64,000 nucleotides of DNA from a virus. Numbering within the stretch: the stretch's first letter is position 1; every line of letters begins with the position of its first letter. The translations under genes and the position numbers were made by a program. This document shows positions 28,991-37,819 of the stretch, one piece after another. Below the pieces are notes generated by a model that worked only from the letters and a program-made list of their open reading frames with translations, made no database searches and was not told the DNA's origin. The stretch covers positions 32,001-96,000 of IMG/VR virus record IMGVR_UViG_3300028394_000041; one strand, given 5' to 3'.

Positions 28991-29924
28991 AAAAATATTA
29001 TCAGCTTCGAAGATCAAAACTCTTGAGACTTGTTCTTGGGTCTATTGGAATAATTACCATGATAAAGTTCCTCAAACTCAAAATGAAGGAGCCTTGAGGG
29101 GTACTATTTGCCATACGGTTTTTGAATTACTGCTAAAAGCAAGACATAAGAAGCACTACGATATTATAATTAAAAATAATTCCATTAATAATAGCAAAGG
29201 TATATCTAAACTAGTTAAAAAATTATCATTAAAAGTAAACCTTGCTGAATCTAATTATGAGCTATTAGATCAAATGATATTGGTTGGCCTCAAAGAAGAT
29301 TTTTTTGGAGAAAATGGAAAGATAGTTAAACCAGAATACGCCTTTAATATTAAAAATGATAGTCCTAAATATCATATTCGTGGTTTTATGGATAAGCCAA
29401 TTAAAATCAAAAAAGAAATGCATATAATCGACTACAAGAGCTCCAAATATAAATTCAGAGGAGATGAGTTAGAGGCTAATATTCAAGCCATGATGTATAG
29501 TCTAGCGAGTAAAAAGATTTGGCCTAAATTAAAACCTATAGTGAAATTCCTTTTTCTTAGATTTCCTAAAAAGCCTACTCAAGAACTTTCATTTAATGAA
29601 GAACAAATCAAAGGTTTTGAACATTACTTAGAGCATATTAACGAATATATAAATAGTTTTGATGAGAACAGCGCAAAAGCTAATTTCGCAGTAGATAGCC
29701 AAAAGAATAAATGGATGTGCGGTATAGGTTCTTGGGTTTGTCCATATAAAAGTCCTTATGATTATTATGTTAAAATAAATGCTTGTGGAGAAATAGTAGA
29801 AACAAGCCTAAAGAATGATTTTAAAAATATTGATGGATTTAAAATAGAAACCAGAAGCTATAATGGATGCCCAAAATTCAATAACAAACAAGGCGAAGTA
29901 AAGAAAGATAGTTTTTTAGATTGA
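28980..29924 (+). CDS. RecB/AddB/Cas4-like PD-(D/E)XK exonuclease
   Basis: LSASKIKT...C.W, GTICH..FE, RGFMDK, IIDYKS, Q..MY, C-terminal Cys cluster (CG....CPY...GCP). Confidence 0.85.
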   Translation: MSIEKILSASKIKTLETCSWVYWNNYHDKVPQTQNEGALRGTICHTVFELLLKARHKKHYDIIIKNNSINNSKGISKLVKKLSLKVNLAESNYELLDQMILVGLKEDFFGENGKIVKPEYAFNIKNDSPKYHIRGFMDKPIKIKKEMHIIDYKSSKYKFRGDELEANIQAMMYSLASKKIWPKLKPIVKFLFLRFPKKPTQELSFNEEQIKGFEHYLEHINEYINSFDENSAKANFAVDSQKNKWMCGIGSWVCPYKSPYDYYVKINACGEIVETSLKNDFKNIDGFKIETRSYNGCPKFNNKQGEVKKDSFLD

Positions 29925-29949
29925 TTTTTTAGAGAATTCTTGTTAATCT
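29921..29949 (+). promoter_or_regulatory. sigma70-type promoter (polymerase operon)
   Basis: TTGATT-N17-TAATCT, 7 nt before ATG 29957. Confidence 0.45.
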
Positions 29950-29956
29950 AGTATAA

Positions 29957-30703
29957 ATGATACCGTTATTTAAATCTCACTATTCTTTAGGCAGATCCAT
30001 CTTGACCCTTGAAGATAAGGATGAAAAGGATGATTATCCAGATTCTATTATCCAAATTTGTAAAGAAAACAAAATGAAAGAGCTTTATCTAGTAGAAGAT
30101 AATATGTCTTCGTTTCTTGAAGCATATTCTAATTGCCGTAAAAATAATATCAAATTAAATTATGGATTAAGGATATCAATTACAGAATCAATGAGCGATA
30201 AATCTGAAGAGTCTAAGGCCAAGTCCTCAAAGATAATTTTATTCTTTAAAAATAAAAAAGGATACCAGCAATTAACGAAACTTTATAGTATTGCAGCGAA
30301 AGAAGGCTTCTATTACGAACCAAGATTAGATTATGAAACGATTTCTAAAAATTGGACAGATGATTTAATTCTATGCATACCTTTTTATGACTCCTTCATA
30401 TTTAATAATACTCTTAAAAATAGTCTTTGCATTCCTCAGTTTGATTTTACAAAACCTATATTCTTTATAGAAGATAATGACCTACCATTTGATTCATTAG
30501 TAAAACAAAAAGCTTTATCTTTTGCAGAAAAGAATGATCTAAAAATATATAAAGTACAAAGCGTGTTTTATAAAGAACGAAAAGACTTTAAAGCTTACTT
30601 AACTTTTAGGTGCATTAACAATAGAAGCGTTTTAAATAAACCTAATTTAGATCATATGTCAAGTAACGAATTTTGCTTTGAAAGCATTCGTCAAAGGAAT
30701 TAA
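29957..30703 (+). CDS. Stand-alone PHP domain of DNA polymerase III alpha (metal ligands degenerate)
   Basis: FKSHYSL, ILFFKNKKGYQQL.KLYS.A..EGFYYEPRLD match the DnaE PHP domain; HxH, TDH, GxE and NDxH ligands are replaced. Confidence 0.85.
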   Translation: MIPLFKSHYSLGRSILTLEDKDEKDDYPDSIIQICKENKMKELYLVEDNMSSFLEAYSNCRKNNIKLNYGLRISITESMSDKSEESKAKSSKIILFFKNKKGYQQLTKLYSIAAKEGFYYEPRLDYETISKNWTDDLILCIPFYDSFIFNNTLKNSLCIPQFDFTKPIFFIEDNDLPFDSLVKQKALSFAEKNDLKIYKVQSVFYKERKDFKAYLTFRCINNRSVLNKPNLDHMSSNEFCFESIRQRN

Positions 30704-31341
30704 TGGACGAACATCTTTTAAGATACGACAAAGACAAGACTATCGTTTTTATAGATTGCGAGACTTTTAATCTTTGCCTTAATTTTTGCCATAATATTCC
30801 TTGGCAAATAGCAATGATAAAAGTTAAAGGAGACAAGAAAGTAGATCAGAAGAACTTTTATTTAAAATGGGATACAGACTTAAAGATAAGTGAAGACGCA
30901 GCGAGAATCACAAGATACGATCATAGAAAAGTCCAAAGAGAAGGCTTTGATCCAAAAGAGGTATTTCCTACTATAAAAGATTGGCTCAATAATGCGGATT
31001 ATATAATTGGACATAATATTTTAGGATTTGACATTTATCTTATAAAGGAATATTATAAAACTATGGAATCTAATTGGAAAGGTCTAATGAATAAAATTAT
31101 AGATACTAATGCTGTGGCGAGAGGCATAAAGTATAATTCTATTTATACTCCCAAAGATAATTTACTTGAATATCAATATAAAATTCTTAATACCAGAAAG
31201 AAAAATGTTAAAAGCTCTTTAACTTTCTTGGGTAAAGAGAACGGCATAGAGCATGATTATGAAAGTCTTCATGATGCTATAAACGATCTTGACTTGAATT
31301 TAAAAGTATGGAACAAATTAAAGTGGCAGATAGAGGTATAA
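30703..31341 (+). CDS. DEDDh 3'-5' exonuclease (DnaQ/epsilon-like)
   Basis: VFIDCET, WQIA, IGHNILGFD, IIDT, LHDAIND. Confidence 0.88.
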   Translation: MDEHLLRYDKDKTIVFIDCETFNLCLNFCHNIPWQIAMIKVKGDKKVDQKNFYLKWDTDLKISEDAARITRYDHRKVQREGFDPKEVFPTIKDWLNNADYIIGHNILGFDIYLIKEYYKTMESNWKGLMNKIIDTNAVARGIKYNSIYTPKDNLLEYQYKILNTRKKNVKSSLTFLGKENGIEHDYESLHDAINDLDLNLKVWNKLKWQIEV

Positions 31342-31342
31342 A

Positions 31343-31570
31343 ATGGCTTCACTAGATAATGTTTATGATATGATACAGAAGCTAGAAGATTATGGTATAG
31401 AGTATCTTCTTATAACTATAGAAAAGGGTAAGAAGAAAGGCAAGGCTGATGTATTTTATAGCTTAAAAGATAGAGCTTCTATGAAAATCTTAGCAAGAGG
31501 GTTACATGTTTTTAACGAAGAGATAGATAAAATTGAAAAAGAGCAACAAGAAGATGAAAACGAAGACTAA
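31343..31570 (+). CDS. Hypothetical protein
   Basis: 75-aa ORF with SD-like GAGGT, between the exonuclease and the polymerase core. Confidence 0.65.
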   Translation: MASLDNVYDMIQKLEDYGIEYLLITIEKGKKKGKADVFYSLKDRASMKILARGLHVFNEEIDKIEKEQQEDENED

Positions 31571-34148
31571 TAATTATTCTGATACCAAAGAGTTTTCTGA
31601 TAGCTTTGAAACAATAGAACTAGATATTCATGGAGTTAGATTACCTGAGTTTGAAATTGATTTAGCCTCTAAAAGGCATTTAGGAATAAGTGAAGATTCA
31701 TCAAATTATGAATTTTTAAGAGGTTTAGCATTAAATGGATTTAAAACTTTAAATATAAATAAAACCGATAAGGATTATAAGAAATATGTTGATAGAGCAA
31801 AGCATGAATTAGATACGCTAAAAGAACTAGGGTTCATTGATTACATATTATTAGTATGGGACGTTATCCATTTCTGTAAAACTAGTGATATTCCAGTAGG
31901 TTTAGGTAGAGGTTCAGCTGCTGGATCTTTGATATTATACTTGGTGGGAGTTACTAGAATTGATCCAGTCAAATATGACCTCTATTTCGAAAGATTTATA
32001 TCCAAGATTCGTGCTAAAAAGCAGGTTATTGATGGGGTAACGTATCTAGATGGTAGTTTGATGTGTGACGTAGATTTAGATATTTGTTATTATAATCGTC
32101 AAAAAGTACTCCAATATCTAGAGAATAAATTCAAAGGTAAGACTAGTAAGATATTAACCTTTAATAGCTTAAGTGGAAAATTACTTATTAAAGAGTGCGG
32201 TAAAATCATCGCTGAAAAACCAGAGCAAGAGATGACCATGATATCGTCTTTAATTCCTAAGACCTATGGCCAAGTTAAAGATATTTCAGAAGCCTACAAA
32301 GAAGTTGAGCAGTTTAAAGATTGGTGCGATCAAAACAAAGAAGCATATCAAATTGCTCTTAAGTTAAGAGATTTAATTAAGAATAAAGGAGTTCATCCTT
32401 CTGGCGTATTACTTTCTTATTATGATCTAGAAACTATATGTCCAACAGAATTTTCTTCAGATAAAGAAGTAGTATCTAGTTTTGATATGAACTGGGCAAG
32501 CGTTTTTAATATAAAATTAGATATCCTTGGTCTAAGAAGCGTTTCTGTAGTCGATAATGTCTGTAAGAGTATTAATATAAAAATAGAAGATATTGATTTA
32601 AATCATGAATCTATTTATAGAAATTTGCAAGAATTGAAATCCCCACATGGTTTATTCCAAATTGAAGCAGAAACTAATTTTAGAGTATGCCAAAAAGTTA
32701 AGCCAAAGAATCTAGAAGAGCTTAGTGGTGTGCTTGCTTTAGCTAGACCTGGCGCACTTCAATTCGTAGATAAATATGCTGCTCATACAAATTATCAACA
32801 ATCAGAAAGTATTCATCCGTTCTTTGATGAAATTTTAAAAGAAACTGGCGGAGTTGCTTTATATCAAGAGCAATTAATGAAAATGGCTCATAAGATTGGC
32901 TTTACTTTAGATGAAGCAGAAATCTTAAGAAGAATCGTAGGCAAAAAGAAAACTGAAGAGATCAAAGCTTGGCAACAAAAGATCGAACAAAAATGCAAAG
33001 AAAATAAAATTCCAAAAGAAGTCAGCGAAATTCTATGGAAGATTCTTGAAGATTCTGCGAACTACTCTTTTAATAAATCACATTCTATAGCTTACGCAGG
33101 ATTAGCAGCGATTACAATTTATCTTAAATTTAATTATCCTCAACAATTCTTTTTATCATTATTGAAAATGAGTAGGAATGAGCCAGACCCAATTGGAGAG
33201 ATATCTAAGATTCAAAAAGAAATGCATAATTTCGGAATCAAACTTCTTCCACCACATATTATCAAATCAGAAATGGATTTCTCAATCGAAGATAAGGATA
33301 TTAGGTTTGGTTTATTATCAATCAAGGGAATTAGTGACAAATCAATAGAAAAATTAAATAGCTTCAGAAATAAATACTCTAATAAATTTGAAATATTTGA
33401 AGCTGCGGAAGAAGCTGGTTTAAATATTGGAGCATTATCTGCATTAATTCAAGCTGGAGCACTTAGCGGTTTTAATCAATCAAGAAGCAAAATAGTACTA
33501 GAAGTTCAGCTATGGAACATGTTAACCTCTAAGGAGAAAAAGTATGCCATATCATTTGCAGATAAACTCGACTATGATCTAATTAAAATCATTAAACATC
33601 TTAATAAATTCACAGATGAGAAAAATAAAGTAGTTATTAAAGATAATAGACTGGACACTATTAAAGAAAAATATGCGCCATATTTAAGTATATATGAACA
33701 AAACAATAAAAGCGAAAGCTTCGCTAATTGGTATTACGAAAAGAAACTTCTAGGATATACTTATAATAAAAATCTAAAAGATATCTTTGCTGAAAAAAGA
33801 GAAAACCTTAAATATATATCTGATGTATTAGATGAACCAGTAAACTCTAAAGTAGCTTTAGTTGGTCAGATAGACGAAGTATTCTCTGGTATATCTAAAA
33901 ATGCAAAAAAGACAAGATATGTCAGGTTAAAGATATCAGATGAAACAAGCACGATTAGCGTATTAATATTCAATGATAACATTGAAACAAATAAGCTACT
34001 GAACGATAGGAATTTTGAAGAAGGAAATATTGTTATAGTCAAAGGCTCCAAAAGAGATGATTGTATATTTGGCGATTTAATAGCTATCCAAGATCATGAG
34101 ATTTATATGAAATTAAATGATTTAAAAAAGATAGATAAAAATAGTTGA
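31554..34148 (+). CDS. dnaE: DNA polymerase III alpha catalytic subunit lacking PHP
   Basis: GLGRGSAAGSL, FERF, CDVDLD, GVHPSG, KLDILGL, GLFQIE, ALARPG, YQEQLM, YSFNKSH, IRFGL..IKG, C-terminal OB fold. Likely ATG 31554. Confidence 0.93.
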   Translation: MKTKTNNYSDTKEFSDSFETIELDIHGVRLPEFEIDLASKRHLGISEDSSNYEFLRGLALNGFKTLNINKTDKDYKKYVDRAKHELDTLKELGFIDYILLVWDVIHFCKTSDIPVGLGRGSAAGSLILYLVGVTRIDPVKYDLYFERFISKIRAKKQVIDGVTYLDGSLMCDVDLDICYYNRQKVLQYLENKFKGKTSKILTFNSLSGKLLIKECGKIIAEKPEQEMTMISSLIPKTYGQVKDISEAYKEVEQFKDWCDQNKEAYQIALKLRDLIKNKGVHPSGVLLSYYDLETICPTEFSSDKEVVSSFDMNWASVFNIKLDILGLRSVSVVDNVCKSINIKIEDIDLNHESIYRNLQELKSPHGLFQIEAETNFRVCQKVKPKNLEELSGVLALARPGALQFVDKYAAHTNYQQSESIHPFFDEILKETGGVALYQEQLMKMAHKIGFTLDEAEILRRIVGKKKTEEIKAWQQKIEQKCKENKIPKEVSEILWKILEDSANYSFNKSHSIAYAGLAAITIYLKFNYPQQFFLSLLKMSRNEPDPIGEISKIQKEMHNFGIKLLPPHIIKSEMDFSIEDKDIRFGLLSIKGISDKSIEKLNSFRNKYSNKFEIFEAAEEAGLNIGALSALIQAGALSGFNQSRSKIVLEVQLWNMLTSKEKKYAISFADKLDYDLIKIIKHLNKFTDEKNKVVIKDNRLDTIKEKYAPYLSIYEQNNKSESFANWYYEKKLLGYTYNKNLKDIFAEKRENLKYISDVLDEPVNSKVALVGQIDEVFSGISKNAKKTRYVRLKISDETSTISVLIFNDNIETNKLLNDRNFEEGNIVIVKGSKRDDCIFGDLIAIQDHEIYMKLNDLKKIDKNS

Positions 34149-34173
34149 CTTTTAAGTATATTCTAGTTATCAT
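34145..34173 (+). promoter_or_regulatory. sigma70-type promoter
   Basis: TTGACT-N17-TATCAT, 8 nt before ATG 34182. Confidence 0.75.
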
Positions 34174-34181
34174 TATCTAAT

Positions 34182-34724
34182 ATGATATCATTTTACAAAC
34201 CAAATAGTAAAAACACAGGCACAGCTTGTAGTTTTAGCGTAAATTCAAAAGAAGGCTCGATTTGGAGCTCTTTGATTAAACAAAGCTCATGGAATGAAGG
34301 AACAAAAACTGGTTCATTTTCCGCAAACAAAGATAACCCACAAAAGAGTGCTAAAATTAAGTTCTCAATAACAGAAGCGGCGGGTTTGTTGGAAACCTTA
34401 GATAAAAATGTAGAATTTTCTGCATACCATTCTTCTGATAAACAGATAACAAAAATTAAACTTTCTCCTTATATCAAGGACGATAAACAGGTAGGATTTT
34501 CCTATAGCGTTAATAAAGAAAGCAAAGAAAACATAGAGAATAAGCAGTCGTTTCTCCTTGGTTTTTATTTTAGTGAAGCTAGGCTCTTAAGAGAGTTTTT
34601 ATCTCATTCCTTACAGTCTGTATTTAGGACTCAAGAGGTGGAAGCAATTAAAAAATTTAAAAATTCAAAACCTAATCAAGAACCAACTAAAAATCTCCCA
34701 GAAGAAGACAGTGAGCTTTGGTAA
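34182..34724 (+). CDS. Putative ssDNA-binding protein, Whirly/PC4-like fold
   Basis: Two predicted beta4-alpha repeats, FYK start, KFSITEAAGLL, AYH, GFSYSV, SEARLL, acidic-aromatic tail EEDSELW. Follows dnaE. Confidence 0.55.
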   Translation: MISFYKPNSKNTGTACSFSVNSKEGSIWSSLIKQSSWNEGTKTGSFSANKDNPQKSAKIKFSITEAAGLLETLDKNVEFSAYHSSDKQITKIKLSPYIKDDKQVGFSYSVNKESKENIENKQSFLLGFYFSEARLLREFLSHSLQSVFRTQEVEAIKKFKNSKPNQEPTKNLPEEDSELW

Positions 34725-34726
34725 TT

Positions 34727-36664
34727 GTGAGCAAAAAGAAAGTCTTATTACAAACTGACTTTTCTCTAGCCAAAACTGGTTTCGGCAGAAATGCTAGGGC
34801 GCTTTTACAAAGTCTTTACGAATCTAATAAATATGAAGTAGTTCATTACTGCTGTGGCATTCCAGTTGGTCATCCAGAGTTGTCAAAGACTCCTTGGAAA
34901 TCAGTCGGAGCCTTACCAAGCAATCCACAAGAAGCAGAGCAAATAAATAAAGATCCAAATTTAGCGAGAGCAGCGAGTTATGGAGCATATCTACTTGATC
35001 AAACTATAGAGAACGAAAAGCCAGATGTTTATATAGCTATACAAGACATTTGGGGAGTAGATTTTGCTATAGATAAGTATTGGTTTAATAAAATTAACTC
35101 TATTATCTGGACTACCTTAGACTCTTTGCCAATCTTAGATTCTGCAATTAAATGTGCACCAAAAGTTAAAAATTATTGGATATGGAGCGATTTTGCTACG
35201 AAAGCACTACATAAGCTTGGACATAAACACGTTAAAACAGTTCATGGATGTTTAGAAGATAAAAATTTCCATAGATTATCTGATTTTGACCGTAATCAAC
35301 TTAGGAAAAAATATAATATTCCACAAGACGCTTTTATTATAGGGTTTGTATTCAGAAATCAATTAAGAAAAAGCGTACCTAATCTTTTGCAAGGATACGC
35401 GCTTTGGAAAAAGAATAACCCAAATGTAAAAAATACATTTCTTCTTCTGCATACCCACTGGTCAGAAGGTTGGAATATTTATAAATTAGCAGATGAATTT
35501 GGAGTTGATAAAAAAGAAATTCTTACAACGTATATTTGCAAGAACTGTGGCGAATATGAAATTAAAAATTTTAATGGACAAGACATAGATTGTAGATTCT
35601 GTGGCTCAAGCAAATCCCAAATTACAACAAATGTAGGATTAGGAATAACAGAAAAAGAATTAAATGAAGTCTATAATTTTATGGACGTATATTGTCATCC
35701 ATTTACTAGTGGTGGTCAAGAGATACCGATTCAAGAAGCTAAACTCACAGAGCTTGTTACATTAGTTACGAATTACTCTTGTGGAGAGGAAATGTGCGTT
35801 AAAGAAGCGGCATCTCTCCCATTAGAATGGTCAGAATATAGAGAGCATGGAACAGAATTTATTAAAGCTTCAACCTCTCCAGAGTCAATAGCTACGCAAT
35901 TAAATGCTGTATATAAAATGTCAACGGCACAAAAAAAGGAATTAGGTAAAAGAGCGAGAGAATGGACTTTAGAAAACTTTAGTGTCTCAAAAATTTCTCA
36001 AAAAATTCAAGATTTTATTGATAATTCTGATTTAGTAGATTGGAATAAAATTTCAAATAAAAACAAAGTTGTCAAAGACGCACTCGCTGAAATTCCACAA
36101 ATTGAAAATAATTCCGATTGGATTTCGTACTTATATCACAATATCTTAAAGATGGAAAAAGTTGATGAAAAAGACGAAGGCCATAAATATTGGATGGATC
36201 AAATATCTAAAGGCGCGAAAAGAGAAGATATAGAAAAATATTTCAGACAAGTAGCAGCTCAAGAAAACCAAAAGAATAAAGACTTTAATTTTGAAGATGC
36301 TCTAGACAAAAATGATCAAGGCAAAAGAATACTTTATGTAATGCCAGAAAGCATTGGAGATATTTATATGTCTACAGCTTTATTTAAAAATATTAAAAAG
36401 CAATACCCAGACTATAATTTATATGTGGCAGTAAAACCAGAGTATTTTGAGATCCTAGAGGCAGACCCACATATACATAAATTAATTCAATACTTACCTC
36501 AAATGGATCAAATTTTATGGTTAGAAGGACAAGGAGATCATAAAGGATATTTTGAATTGGCATTTTTACCACATGCAGGAACTCAAAGATTTTTAGATTA
36601 TCTACATAATGGTAAAACCAACATACAATTTGATATAAAGGAGAACTCTTATGCATCTACTTGA
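34727..36664 (+). CDS. Fusion of GT4 glycosyltransferase (with CxxC-CxxC insert), DUF4214-like domain and GT9 N-terminal domain
   Basis: TGFGR, RNQLRK, SGGQEIPIQEA, CKNC/CRFC, LYHNIL...DEGHKYW..QI..G..RE, RILYVMPESIGDIYMSTALFKNIKKQYPD. Start is GTG 34727 or TTG 34718. Confidence 0.75.
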   Translation: MSKKKVLLQTDFSLAKTGFGRNARALLQSLYESNKYEVVHYCCGIPVGHPELSKTPWKSVGALPSNPQEAEQINKDPNLARAASYGAYLLDQTIENEKPDVYIAIQDIWGVDFAIDKYWFNKINSIIWTTLDSLPILDSAIKCAPKVKNYWIWSDFATKALHKLGHKHVKTVHGCLEDKNFHRLSDFDRNQLRKKYNIPQDAFIIGFVFRNQLRKSVPNLLQGYALWKKNNPNVKNTFLLLHTHWSEGWNIYKLADEFGVDKKEILTTYICKNCGEYEIKNFNGQDIDCRFCGSSKSQITTNVGLGITEKELNEVYNFMDVYCHPFTSGGQEIPIQEAKLTELVTLVTNYSCGEEMCVKEAASLPLEWSEYREHGTEFIKASTSPESIATQLNAVYKMSTAQKKELGKRAREWTLENFSVSKISQKIQDFIDNSDLVDWNKISNKNKVVKDALAEIPQIENNSDWISYLYHNILKMEKVDEKDEGHKYWMDQISKGAKREDIEKYFRQVAAQENQKNKDFNFEDALDKNDQGKRILYVMPESIGDIYMSTALFKNIKKQYPDYNLYVAVKPEYFEILEADPHIHKLIQYLPQMDQILWLEGQGDHKGYFELAFLPHAGTQRFLDYLHNGKTNIQFDIKENSYAST

Positions 36665-37793
36665 AAGATACGCAACATCCTGTGGGGTTAAAATAGATCG
36701 ACCATATATTTATGATAAATTTTTTCCGCTACCTTTTGATAAATATATAACTTTTCAACCATATAGTAAATATGAAGCAAAAAATTATGATTACTGGGGA
36801 GAAGTCTTAATACTATTAACACCATTTTTGGAAAAACATAACATCCGTGTAGTTCAAATTGGTGGAGAAAAAGACAAACAAGTTCAAGGATGCCATGTTC
36901 TTTGTGGGCAAACAAAAATACAACAAGCGGCATACATCATTAAAAATAGCTTATTGCATTTAGGAACTGATAGTTTCGCGGCTCATATTGCCTCTGGATT
37001 TAATAAAAAAATAGTAGCAATATATTCTAACAATAATATAGAAAACGTTAAACCTTATTGGTCTGATCAAAAAGATTTAACTCTAATAAGGGCAGAGTCC
37101 AATAAAAAACCATCTTATTCTGCAAATGAATTTCCTAAACAGATAAATGATATCAAGCCAGAGCTAATCGCTCAGTCAGTACTAGATGCTTTAGATATTA
37201 AAGAAATTATCAATATTAAAACTTTATTTATAGGCAAAAATTTTCAAAATAAAACTTTTGAACTTATTCCTGATATTAGTTTAAACATACAAGCTATACC
37301 AATTAAAAATCCTATTGTAAGAATGGACTATGTTTTTAATGAAGCTTTCCTAGAAAACGTTTTAAAATTAAAAGAAAATGTTATCATTTTTACTAATAAA
37401 AAAATCAATAGCAATTTGATAAGTAAATATAAACAAAAGATTTCTCAAATCATTTACATAATAGATGAAGATAATGATCCAAGTTTTGCTTTAGTTTTGA
37501 AAAAGAATCTTATTAATTATGTATTACTCAGCTTTTTACCGCAAAACATACTTCAAAAATATAAATTGAATTACATGGATTACAATCTAATCGTAAGCAA
37601 AGACCTTCCAACGAAATTAGAAAATATAAGTTTGTCTGAAAATACAAGATATAGATCATCAAAAATTCTTTTGTCTTCTGAAGGCGAATTTTCTTCTAAA
37701 TATGAATGGCAGAATAAAACGAAAGATATGGTAATTGATGATCCAGAATTCTGGAAAGAGGTTGATAATTTTCATATTTTTCAATTGACTTAA
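36651..37793 (+). CDS. GT9 (heptosyltransferase-fold) C-terminal domain protein with an extra C-terminal region
   Basis: HLLERY, YITFQP...KNY..W, VVQIGG, LCGQT.IQQAAYII, HLGTDSFAAHIASGFNKKIVAIY. Confidence 0.75.
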   Translation: MHLLERYATSCGVKIDRPYIYDKFFPLPFDKYITFQPYSKYEAKNYDYWGEVLILLTPFLEKHNIRVVQIGGEKDKQVQGCHVLCGQTKIQQAAYIIKNSLLHLGTDSFAAHIASGFNKKIVAIYSNNNIENVKPYWSDQKDLTLIRAESNKKPSYSANEFPKQINDIKPELIAQSVLDALDIKEIINIKTLFIGKNFQNKTFELIPDISLNIQAIPIKNPIVRMDYVFNEAFLENVLKLKENVIIFTNKKINSNLISKYKQKISQIIYIIDEDNDPSFALVLKKNLINYVLLSFLPQNILQKYKLNYMDYNLIVSKDLPTKLENISLSENTRYRSSKILLSSEGEFSSKYEWQNKTKDMVIDDPEFWKEVDNFHIFQLT

Positions 37794-37813
37794 AGTATAA
37801 TACATAGTATCAT
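37785..37813 (+). promoter_or_regulatory. sigma70-type promoter
   Basis: TTGACT-N17-TATCAT, 6 nt before ATG 37820. Confidence 0.75.
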
Positions 37814-37819
37814 TCTTAA

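Noticed and set aside
28980-29924. CRISPR-Cas system (Cas4-like gene)
   Set aside because: No repeat-spacer array or other cas genes are visible; solo Cas4/RecB-like nucleases are common in phage replication modules.
1125-34148. Inteins or group I introns in nrdA, nrdB, recA-like, dnaB, thyX or dnaE
   Set aside because: Protein lengths are normal, motifs are contiguous, and no C...HN-C/S/T splice motifs or homing endonucleases are visible.
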